Below, piece after piece: positions 1 to 11,198 of a DNA stretch of 64,000 bases. Below the pieces are notes generated by a model, which was not told the origin of the DNA, did no database searches, and saw nothing but the letters and a program-made list of their open reading frames with translations. Location: the NCBI GenBank assembly GCA_973895155.1, contig OZ316894.1, positions 5,046,944 to 5,110,943 on the forward strand, written 5' to 3'. The stretch is from Marsupella aquatica. Its lineage: Eukaryota > Plantae > Marchantiophyta. The first letter of the stretch is position 1, and the number at the start of each line of letters is the position of its first letter. Position numbers and translations under genes: made by a program.

Positions 1-1490
1 TCTGGATGGAAACTCTAAACAAGCTCGGGCAAGCGCAAGTCACAAGTGGGGATAGAAAGGACAGAGTGTGGGCTTTTTGAGGGTGACGACCTTGCGAAAC
101 GGGAGAAGGAGATTGTCATACTTAATTTTCTTTAAATAGCCATTGGACCGTGCGCTGGCAGCATGGAGCAATCTCAGTGAGAATATTCACACAGCCTGGA
201 AAACTTTGGTCAGCGGTCTCTCGAGGAAGCGTCTCATGAAATCTGAATGCTGCGCGAACTATGGAGTATAATGAATGCAACGAAGTGTGGGTGCGCCAAT
301 AGCTGCCAGATCTGGCTAGGAACATTGCTGGTGGCATCATGGTATCGGCCTCTGATGAAACAGAAAGCTCAGTTAAATGACAACAAGGTTACCAGTGTTT
401 CAGGTCTGAATCCGTAAGATCAAGTTACGATAGGGAAGGTGTGAAGTCAATCCTGTGTACTCTCCTCGATTTTGTTTGCCTTCACATGCACCTCTATTAC
501 CTAGGAGATACTTATTTGAGTTTTATTTGTGAACAAGCAGGTGACGACAGCGGCAAAATATCTGAAGCTCTTCTATTCTGAACGGCCCTTCACTTGGATT
601 TGCTAGCTAAAATAAAGGGATTGAAATACACAGATGTAGTCAGTCTTTCCTCAAAAGGTTGGGGAAAGGGTCTCACCAGGAAATTATCTGTCGCAAAATT
701 TGAGGGAGCGCGGAGATATCAATTGTCCATGTTCGAGTTCAACCTCAAAAACATGAGAACTTAGCTGTCCTCGAACTATCACATTTTCGGATCCCAGAGG
801 AATTTCCTGAAGCCTTGGGGGACCTGACCAGCCTGCGCATACTGTGTCGTTCTCACCTCGAAGGATTGGATCGTCTGCCTGAGAAGTCTGGCAGTCTTGG
901 TAGATTGAGACAGCTGGAGCTAGAGAATCTAGGTTCGCTGATATTGCCCGAGTCGTCCGGCAACCTCGTGGTACTTGAACATCTTTCCTTTTGTAGCATC
1001 GTGGTACCGGAATTTTAGGGCATGTGTCCTCCCCAGTGAAGTTGACAGTCGACGATGGTGAAGAGCTTGCAGGATTCCGTGAATCCTTCGGCCGTTGTCT
1101 CACATCTCTGAAAGAACTGTACATCCGCGAGTGCCAGTCCATCAAGTGTCTACCGGAATTATTAGGACATGTACCCTCCCTGGAGAAGTTAACAATTGCA
1201 GACTCTGAAGAGCTTGCAGGAATCCCATCTAAAAAGAGCTGGACATCTCCTCGTGCCCGTTCATAACTTGTGTACCGCAGTGTTCTCCAGGCTTTCCGGA
1301 CTCCAGCAATTAAGGATAGAGGATTGCGCTAGCTTTGAAGAGTTGGGGGATGGATTTGGGAAATTATCATCCCTACTAGAACTGTATCTGACGGATGTGG
1401 CTCTTGCAAGGCTCCCTTCGAATCTCAGCTCGCACTCGGAGAAGTTCTGATACATCTTCTATGCATGCAAGCAGTTGCATGTGACTGACT
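1..1490 (+). pseudogene. NB-ARC-LRR (NLR) pseudogene, 3' part; paralog of the gene at 51254-54905
   Basis: Manual translation gives WMETLNKLGQAQVTSGDRKDRVWAF* versus WIDALQRLREAQAITGEKRDRVWASL in the other copy. The intron is in the same place (QLNDNK|gt...ag|VTT at ~388-540 versus RLNDKE|VEV). LRR fragments lie in several frames (ORFs 815-1018, 1024-1266, 1196-1450) with stops and frameshifts; similarity ends near 1490. Confidence 0.9.
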
Positions 1491-4400
1491 CTAGATTGTA
1501 GCTTAAGGCGTGTACCCGTTTTTAGGGGATGCAGAATTTCTGGATAGTCGATCCACTGGATGTCCGGATTTGGATTTCATTTGGATTTGAAGGTTAATTT
1601 GCTTTCTGCAGCGCTCTGAATTTCATCACATTCCGATCAGTGGATGGGCGTTGCGATCACTTATGACATCGTAAGTTCTCTCACTTCGATACTACAGATG
1701 TGTCTAACGAGCTAAATGAAACGAGAACGCAAATCAAAAACTGGAAACGACCTCAAATTCCTAGGAATTTTTCAGTAGCACTGCACTACAATTATGCAGT
1801 AGGTGAGTGATTGTCTGGCCCATACAACAAAAGACACTCAAAACATGCTCTGCGACAGGCATGTAGAGTTACACAATTTCACCAAAATGAGAATGGGCTC
1901 ATTACCAATATCTTGCTGTATTAGATTGGGAATCTTTGACAGTGGCTCTTCCACAGATTGGAAGGTAAACCATTGAGTCCAAATGATAGCCGGTTAGCGT
2001 CACACTTGTTGCAGGTCTTAGGCTTGAAATACCCTTGTTCACGTTACTTATGGGCATTTCCAAATCTCAGATGAGGAATAACAAGGTCGAGAACAGACAA
2101 TTGAAGCCAAATCCTGCCAACACTTGAATCTAAATCTAGAGTTAAGAGTCTGAAAGAATACTTCTATGTAAAGAATGGGCCAAGAAACATGTTAATTGGA
2201 AAAATCTAGCTTCCCGGCACTGAGGTAGAGCTTGGTGTAAAGGCTCAGCATTAAACTAAGAAAAATGTGTCCTACAGGCCAGACATCCGGCAGATATATT
2301 TGACAAGAGGATGGAGCTCTGAAATTTACTACCTAACTAATGACGAAATAATGGTCCGTCAAAGAATGAGAGTAGAATGTGCAATGTAGCAGGCCCATCT
2401 AAATTGCCTTGCCATCATAGGGGTGGAGAATTGTAGGTACAACTCTCAACTGTCTAGCCTACAGTGATTATTTTTTGCGTTTCTTTTGTGGGGACCCAAA
2501 CAAATTGAGGCCATGCTGAATGTTGAAAAATCTACCTGCCGAGGAAATTTCGCCATCGATGTGGCTGATATGTACAGATGGGGTTCCACCCAAACCCTTG
2601 GTGCATATACACATATTGGACATAGATGGATAATTATATGTCCGGAGACAGTGTGTAGCTTCCAATTCTCTGAGTGGGGTTGAACGTCTCTCCAATGACG
2701 CCTTGCAAGCTGAAATTGCAGAGCCTTGCAGCATCACAAACGACCCTTTGGAAACGAGACACAAGCATCTTTGTTGCGGAAGGCCTTGGGGACTAAAACT
2801 CCCGGTGACATCATTTTCGGTCATCGTCAACCAACCACGGTGGTGATGTGGTGGTGGAGTAGCCGAATTGCTCGTTGGGATCCATAATTAACCCTCCAAA
2901 TCAGAATCTCTGCACGAACACGCCTCTTAGGAACCTGTTGTGTGTCTCACTTTATGATTCGCTGACTCTCTGTATGCGTGCTGGAACTTTGGTGGGTGAA
3001 CTCGCTTTGATGATGCTGTAACAAAAGCCAAGCTGAGTTACCTATGGAGGACCCTCGCTTAGAGATGGACAGGACGACCACTATGGTGTGTAAGTATTGG
3101 CGTCCGAATTGCTCGCTGAGAGGCACTCACAGAAACTCTGAGTTATAAACAGTGCTTGGAATGCGGAAATGTGTAGCTAACTGCATGCAGATCTGTCAAA
3201 CAGCAGCTAGAGCTCTCTGACGAGGAATGCGACGCTGAAGAAATCGATTTCAACGGTGAAGAATCCCCGAATCACTAAGATTCGAGCAATCTCACTTGAA
3301 GCAGCCGAATCTACTTCAAACAGTGAAGAATCCAAGAGCCACTAAGATTCAAGACAATCTCACCTCAACCAGCGGAATCCGAATCCAAACGGAAGGATTG
3401 ATGCACAGTACACTAACAAGAGAATCCCAGATTCGAAATCCCAGTGTAGCACACACAATGTGGATGTGGAAAGCAAGCCTTTACAGCTGAAGAATGAGCG
3501 AGAGAATGAAAATGAGAATGAATTCAAGTGAAGAATTAAGCGTTTCTTTATACTCTGGATCCCCTGGCGATTGAGTACTCCACACGCACAGTTCCGTCTA
3601 CTTCACTCTCGCGCTGCTTGGCTGCTGTGTCGGTCCGGGTGGTGGTTTCTTCGTCGGACGCGTCAAGGAAAAGTTGGGCAGCAGCAGGCCCCGGAGGTCC
3701 GAAATTTCCTTTCCATACCCGTATTTTCTTCGTTCGTCGCCGTCGACGACTCCAGAATCCTTCGCTCAAATTCCAGTTTTCCATCGCTCTTTCTTCGATG
3801 CACAGCCCAGAACTCCAGATTCTCAACCCCATGAATGAGGTACAGTCCTGGCATATTACCATCGCAATGAGGCAGATAAGACACTGTGCAATCATGCCAG
3901 TGCAATAATGAATGCGGACTTGCCGGGAGTTGAATGAATTTGTGGGGTTACCCGTTACCGGTATTATTAACCGTGCCATCCGTTCCTCTTCATCCTCGTT
4001 TCATGCTTGCAAGCTGGTTTGAGGTTTTATTCCTGCTTTTTTCTTCACATTCACATTCACATTCACGACTTTGTGTGTGGTAAGTTGTGGCAGCGTTTCC
4101 CCAATATACGGGAAGAAACACGCGCGCTCCCACTCAACGGGCTGTACCTGGTCAGCGTGTGCTTTGAGATTGAAGTATTCTTTATTAGATAGTCTCTCGT
4201 CTCAACTTTAGCATTTTTTTAACGGAGTCCTATGAAGTTCCGCGAAGCTGGGTTTCGCTGCAGAGGCAAGGCGTTTGTCAAGGAGGTGGATTCTTGACTG
4301 TTCAGTACGGGACTTATGTTTCCTGAGGGACCAGTCATCTGAGAAGAGTACTCAAAGGTAAGTCCAGAACTCTACACTGCGGATGGAAACGCCTTCGGAT

Positions 4401-6429
4401 TCTCCGGGTTCTTTGGCTTGACAAGAGAGTCAACTCTGCGTCAAATTTCGCTGAATTGACTGCTGCCACCCTCTTCATAGGCTTTCGGAGAGCATTGCGA
4501 TGTGCTCTACAGTAATGCGTGTAAGGCCAGAGCAAACAGTGTCCTGCGGCCTCCATGAAGCAGAGCACAACGAAATTGAATGCCAGAACTCAAAAAGGTT
4601 CGTCTTCACGCGAAAACTCTCCGCGTGAAGGTGGGGGAGAAAGCAGTTTCTCAGCTTTTTGAGTAGATGAGCTGAAGATCAAACTCAAAGACCAGCAACT
4701 GCCCCCAAAGTTCAGAGTAGGGCACCTAATGCCTCCCCTGCACGAGTCCACTGCTGCGTCACTTCTCTCGACTGGTAAGCTAGATTGCGTGCTCAACGAA
4801 TGTCGATCCTAGTCAATGCCTAGTTGCCTACCTCATTCCCTGGCTGCTTCTCCCACAGAATCTCACGGTAGCGTATCATTCAAGGATTAGAATTTGCGCA
4901 GCGATGACGTTTCGTCCCTCGATCGTTCTAGTCAAGGCACTCATGGATCCTTTACTCTTAAGAGAACTTGGTTTTGACAGGGAATGCGGTGTCCCGAGGT
5001 TGATTTTCAAGTACTAGGCATTCAAGATAATTCCAAAGGCAAGAGCTACAACTGGCATCGATGAAAAGATGGCAGCACCATAGGTAGTGTGCTGGCTGGA
5101 CATAGCTGAGTAAGCTGATGACTGCGTGTGTGCTGTTTGTGAACTCCGTTCCATTATTTGTATCTTAACTTTCTTCGTTTCGTATGCGTGTATCTGGAGT
5201 TGGATGTCTGGGTGGCTTTTGACACGAATGTTACCCACTTTTCTTGGAAAATTCTAAGGGAAAGGAAGGTACTGGGAAAGGAAAGTACTGTAAACATTGG
5301 AAACTAAGGACACATATGCACAAGTTAATAATATGTAGAATCTCTTGTCTAATACATAAAATTTGGAAAACCGTTTCCGCTTGAATTGTGAAGTTAAGAG
5401 GAGTTTACTCGTTTTTTCTTTAAATTCGGGAAAGAAAGAAAGACACAGCCTAAGCAAATGCAATTGGTATGTAATGTCAGGCCAATGAAATGCAAACTAT
5501 AACACAAAAGCGAAGTGAGATGCAAATTAGTTAAGTAAAATCTAGTACAGTCAATCTAATGCTGCGATGTTAACGAAAGAAAAGGACTGTCAATTCCTGG
5601 CGATGCGCACAAACCCGGAAATAGCACGAAGGCAAGGGGTGTCGAAGTCCTGGTCGTTGAATCTTCTTCCTTTATCGCGGAAATGAGAAAAGGTCAACAC
5701 GCAAAAATGAACGAGGGGGACGATTCTACGAAGTTCAAATTGAACTTTTGGACATCAACTGCTCCCGTCGTGCTAATCCACCGATAATCATAGCTCTCAA
5801 TGCATGCTTGATCGATGGGTTTCTATCTATTCGCCTCGGTGCACATACAGTATGGTCGACCAAAGCTCACAGCACAGCTCTAGTGAAGTGTTTCTAGTTT
5901 GCTTACAGCGTGAACCTCACGTCAAAGCAAAGAGCTTCAAGAATCAGTAGTTGTCCAATCTTTGTGTTCACTGTGACGTTCGCTTACTCAGCGGGGTTTT
6001 GGGTAGGCTGTGACGATGTGAAATTGCCAGAGAACATTGATCGAGAAATGTGAGCTCGATCAGTGGTGATAAGCAATAAGTCCATCGGTTGGAAAGAGAG
6101 CATTGTCCTGGCAAGTTTAAAATCAATTATCAATAGAGCTCCAAGGTGAAGAGTTTGCTACTCCTTTCTTTTGGGGATTTGTTCAGTTTCAAGGAGAACT
6201 GTTGGATTACATCACGGATTTTCTTTTGCTGGCTTGCTTTGGAGGTCTTGGGGCTCTACATCCTATCTTTGATCCTTTCCTTTTGGGGGGGGGGGGGGGT
6301 TGGGTTCTGTGCAGTCCCATGTGTAGAGAGCAGACCTCATCTCCTTATTTCTAGATTCTTTCTCAGGGCTTCAGACAACCCTCTGTGTTGCACTAGAGAG
6401 AGCTCAACCTTTCACTGTTAGTCGTACAG

Positions 6430-6545
6430 TGGAGGCTGTTTGTTTTAGGGCCTCTAGAGAAATTCCTCGTGCTGTTTGTTTTAGGGTCTCTAGACAAATT
6501 CCTGGAACTCGGATTTAGGGCCTCCAGATAAATTCCTCGTTGTGG
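6430..6545. repeat. short imperfect tandem repeat (~36-40 bp unit, ~3 copies)
   Basis: A gctgtttgttttagggcctctagagaaattcct-like unit recurs. Confidence 0.7.
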
Positions 6546-6799
6546 CATGGCCCTCTTTTACTCTAGAGCCTGCAAAGCTCTACTTTTGAGCCTGAAAAAA
6601 ACTCATTGAACCATTTCAATATAGTGATGTTCTGTTTACAGAACATTGTGGGCTATCACCATCCAGAAATGAGGGCTGTAACTCGAGAATTGAAGGGCTA
6701 TTATTGCCCACAATGCTCTGGTAAAGGAATGTGAATGCACTTAAGCACCCCCACTACTTTTAGTAAAAGTAGAAAATAAGTTTCATAATGTTCCAACCC

Positions 6800-6947
6800 A
6801 AATCTTGGATGTGCATTTTCTCCATAGTTACAGTTAAAATTACAAAGAGAAAATTCACAAAAGAGAATTAACACAAATCTTGGATGTGCATTTTCTCCAT
6901 AGTTGCAGTTAAAATTACAAAGAGAAAAATCACAAAGGGCATTAACA
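6800..6947. repeat. tandem duplication of ~75 bp
   Basis: caaatcttggatgtgcattttctccatagtt(a/g)cagttaaaattacaaagagaaaa occurs twice in succession. Confidence 0.9.
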
Positions 6948-7359
6948 TATTGAGCTTTAGCCCAGATTCCTGCTAATAGGTTTATTTGTCAAATGCGTTC
7001 GACCATACTAGCACAAATACAGGGTAAGTCACGAAGGGTAGACTTGGATCGTGAATTATAGCATGGATAATACCACTGGGTGAGCCTACTCTAATAAGCT
7101 ATCTGAGTAAAGCTTATTCAATACGGGCCATGCGAGTTTGGACATTCATATGAGCCTCTCGTCAACATTGTGCTGTATGGGAATTTGAGAACAGAGGCTA
7201 TGGTGGAGACAGCAGGGTGGGGATGATTCAGGTGATCAGCAGCTCTCTTTCCTCGGCCATCCGTAGTGAACAAATTGCAATGTCCTACAATTCATCCCTT
7301 TCAAACCCTGTGGAGTGAATGCCCAGTTCAGTAAAGTAAAACCCACGTTCTCTGCAGCG

Positions 7360-9776
7360 ATGGCGGCCCTGAATTGCATGCCCACATTTCATCCGGTCTC
7401 TAGCAGAGTCGTTTCTCGGCCACCACCAGCAGACAGAGCATATCGCCCAGATGTCGTCATCGACACCTCTGCTGCTGCAATTTGCTCGCCCTCGAGGTGC
7501 AGAAGGGACGAGGGTCTGAGCTCAAGATGGAACCGCAATTTTCAGAGAAAGAGAGCATCGAGTTCCTGCCTTGGTGCTTCGATTGCAGGCCAACAGGGCG
7601 ACTCTGGAGCTTCGTCTCTCGAGGAGGATTCCACGCCGTCGGGCGCCTTGGTGGGCCTGGTGCCAGCTCCTCAGAAGGCGGCCGATATCGTGCAAGAGTT
7701 CTATGATAGGATCAACCAACGTGATTATATCGGAGTGGCCAATTTGTTCACAGAGGACTGCGAGTATGAGGATTTCAACTATTCCGACACCACGAAGGGC
7801 AGAGAGGTGAGGACAGTTTTCTAGAAAGTTGAGGTCAAACTGAAGACCGAATGAATTTGAAACAGTGTTACAGAATACAATTTGATCGGTAAAGTAATGC
7901 AGAGGAGCGCCTCTGGGAACATGAGCCCACTAAAGAGAAAGGGGTGATTGGGACAATCTGTACAATTGCATGTCCTCACGATCCTCAGAGATGCAGTGTC
8001 CATGTTTTGGTGTTCGCGTTCGTCCTTTTTCTTTAAATTCTGGAATACCTAGACGTGTCCGTTTGACTCCTTGTTTGTGAGAAGTTTTGGATTTTCCTAT
8101 ATCCATTCGTACAACGCGAGCATGGGTTCCGAGAGATTTTGGAGGCCATGCTGACTTGTGAATTCATCAAGTCTTGGAGGAGGCACAGTGCCAATTTACT
8201 ATTTTCAAGCTTTGGAACGAAATCCTTGATTGCCTCAAGCTTTTAATAATATGGCAGGGATATTTCTAGGAAAGTTCTCCTTGTTCCGAGAGATTTTGGC
8301 AGCTATGGTGACTTGTGAATTCATCAAGTCTTGGATGTGGCACAGTGCCCATTTCCTAATAGGAAATCTTCCCTTGTTGCCTTACATGTGTTGTCATATG
8401 GTCGTCAAGTCTAATTCGTGCAGTGTCAGCTGGAGATCGTCGTTTGAATTGACGAAATTAACGCCCAGTCAGGCACCCATAAAGATTTCTCTTGCTGAGA
8501 ATCCACTACAAAATAGACTCCCTTAGTGAATATCTTTGTACAGGAACGTCTCTAATGGACGTGAAGTGTTCATGTGCTGAATTACATGAACAGGGGTTAT
8601 GCAAATAGAGGCTTACCTTCAGGTGACCGTGCATAATATGAAATGCCTCGGTGCTAGAAATATAATTGATCTATATCAAGCAAGCAAAATGTGAAATGGA
8701 AAGAACCAACTTTGGTTTTTTTTACTAGAATGCTGCTCTCCGTGTATTCATCAAAGTTCCAGACTAGCGTTGACAGAACCTATCTTTTATTGCAGGAAGT
8801 TTTGAAGTTTTTTGAAAAAGTGATGTCATCATTTGGCACAGAATTGAAGTTCGTTATTGATGATATGACAAGGGATGACCCTAATGCCGTCGGTGTGATA
8901 TGGCACCTCGGTGAGCTCTGGAGGAAATTCCATCCTTAAACCACTTGAAATACTTACTCATGAGCTAGGTCGGTATCGACAGAAGTTTGCTCTACAATGC
9001 TATTGCTCCCTCAGACTCCCGAATATTCTAGTGTTTGTCCACAACGGCGTGCCGGACAGTGGGTTTCTTTGATTAATTGTAGAGATAAGTATGACTTTAG
9101 AGCACAATGTAACAGCTCAACTTGGATTGCTCATTCTTATAATTTATCTTCATATTCCGGTTCAGATTGGAGAGGCAAAGCGTTTCCCTTCAGCCGAGGA
9201 TGCAGTTTTTACCGCTGCGTAGTCAACTCTGCCGGAGAGAGGCAAATAAGGTACGGCCCGTCAGGTTCCAATTATCGAGCTTCTTACAGGAAACCATCAA
9301 GACACATTTGCAGTTGCCCTGCTCTTCTTTGCTTTGCAAGCTTCGGACACGATGAGAAGGGTTGAAGTGTAAATCCTTCCTGCCTCTACTACGCCCTCCA
9401 GATATTAAGCTTGCCTATGTCTGTTCTGGATTCACAGACGTAACTTGATATCTATGGTATATGAAATTTCTTCATACCAGGTTTGCGAGGGACATAGTCG
9501 AACCAGCAACCAAGCCCGGTGGAGTTTCCATGGTAATCTTCTGGCACTAAAAAATTCAATGCTATCCTGGTATAAGGACCCTGGGCATGACCCGGAGATC
9601 TTTAGGCAACACGTGATGCTGTCAGGATTTAAAGGTTCTTTGCAAGAATGGTTTCCAAGAATTTGAGATTGGCATGGTTGCAGAGATAATGGCATTTTTC
9701 TCATGGTGTGCAGGGTGCTCTTAAGCTGGTGACCTCTCTTTTTGAACGTTTCCCACAAATAGCAGATCGATTGTGA
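7360..9776 (+). CDS. NTF2-like/SnoaL-like domain protein, probably plastid-targeted; exons 7360-7806, 8796-8910, 9166-9250, 9481-9532, 9714-9776
   Basis: The spliced product has an S/R/A-rich transit-peptide-like N-terminus, then AADIVQEFYDRINQRD..LFTEDCEYEDFNY..GREEVLKFFEK..LKFVIDD..DDPNAVGVIWHLDWRGKAFPFSRGCSFY..FARDIVEPATKPG..FPQIADRL*. All introns are GT-AG and the frame is preserved. Confidence 0.9.
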
Positions 9777-11198
9777 AGTATTCTAGGGACACCTCTCGTG
9801 ATGCTGAGTTCCAAGTTTGAGACGCGGTCAACGGTAATGCTTAAGGAGTCTTCCTCATTCGAACGCAATCATGTCGCCAAACTGAGAGACAAAGCCTGGA
9901 TCTTCTCTGGGACTAGATATCGAAGCTGACTTCGAAAGTCCCACCGTCACTGGAGCAAAGAGAATTCTTACGGGGTTTATCATGTCAAAAGTTGGATTAC
10001 TTGGCTTGGCACCTGTGTCAGTACTCGGGATCTTATTGGTATAGCGATATGTGCTGTGAAACGCTCGGAGAATGGAGCCATGTCAGAATACCGCAGGAAA
10101 ACAACTACTGCAAAATTGCAAGAAGACGTTCATGAGAGCCTTTCACAGGGAAGGCATTGTTGAGGATGAACCAGTGTTCCTACGCTCACGGTGGACGATA
10201 GCTCTAGCAATTGCATTTATTAAAAACAGTTTCTATCGTCCCAGACTATTAGAGTGGCACAGCACTTTCAGATTAGCTGATGACATGGATTTTTGGAACT
10301 CTAGTTTAACGGTTCTGAAGTGTAGATTACTGAAATGAGAATAAGACATCAGTACTTCTCAATATCTCTTTTTACTAGTTTGATGACTTGAACACGAAAG
10401 GTTTGACAGACCCAACTGTCGCAGTGGGAACTGTATGCCTGAGCTGAACACCTGATTGGCTCAGGTGTAACCATTTTCTGGTGAGTGTAAAATAGTTGAC
10501 GGGTAGTTGAAGAAAATGAGCGTGGAGCGTCACCGCAGAGGAAGCATTAAACGGACGTGAATGCCAAAGAACAAAAGCGACCCCACAAGTGTCGGCTTGC
10601 AATTATGGGTAGTTCACGAAAATGAGCTGGGGTCTTCACACCAAAGAAAGCATTAGGGAGTGTAAATGCCCGAGTGGGAGCCAACTCCCCAGTCTGTTGT
10701 GGTCAAAGAGTTCTTCTAAGTCTTAATTGGAGATGACAAACAAGACCGAGAGGATTTGATACAAACATTTATTTACAAAGAAATGGTTTCAGGAAACAGA
10801 TCTCAGGGCAATCTGGCCCATCTAATTTTGAACTTCATGGGAAGTTAACTAAGCTTATGTACGTACCTCTTGTTTATCAGAAAGGTGGCCTGATAACAAC
10901 AACAAAAATGACATTCTAACATTTGCAAAAGCCTCACGCCACCTTGTTCAACGTTGGCTTATTTCTATCTGAAGGGGATTTGAAGGATTTGGAACATAGA
11001 GACCCTCTCTCACGTCCTTGTACCAAATAATGATGGACCCTACGATAAGGTACAGAAGCCCCTACTATCCCTTTGAATAATGAATTGATCGGGCACTATT
11101 TAATTTTACAAGGATGATCCCGCTTTCTAGCTGTCACCTAGCTTTGTTTTTACTTCGGGAATGGAATCATGACATGAGAAATGATCCCTTTCTTAGGG

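Noticed and set aside
4300-4800. Possible continuation of the left NLR's LRRs
   Set aside because: No convincing LxxLxL periodicity or alignment to the paralog.
8125-8360. ~75-bp duplicated segment in NTF2-like intron 1
   Set aside because: An ordinary diverged local duplication with no sign of function.
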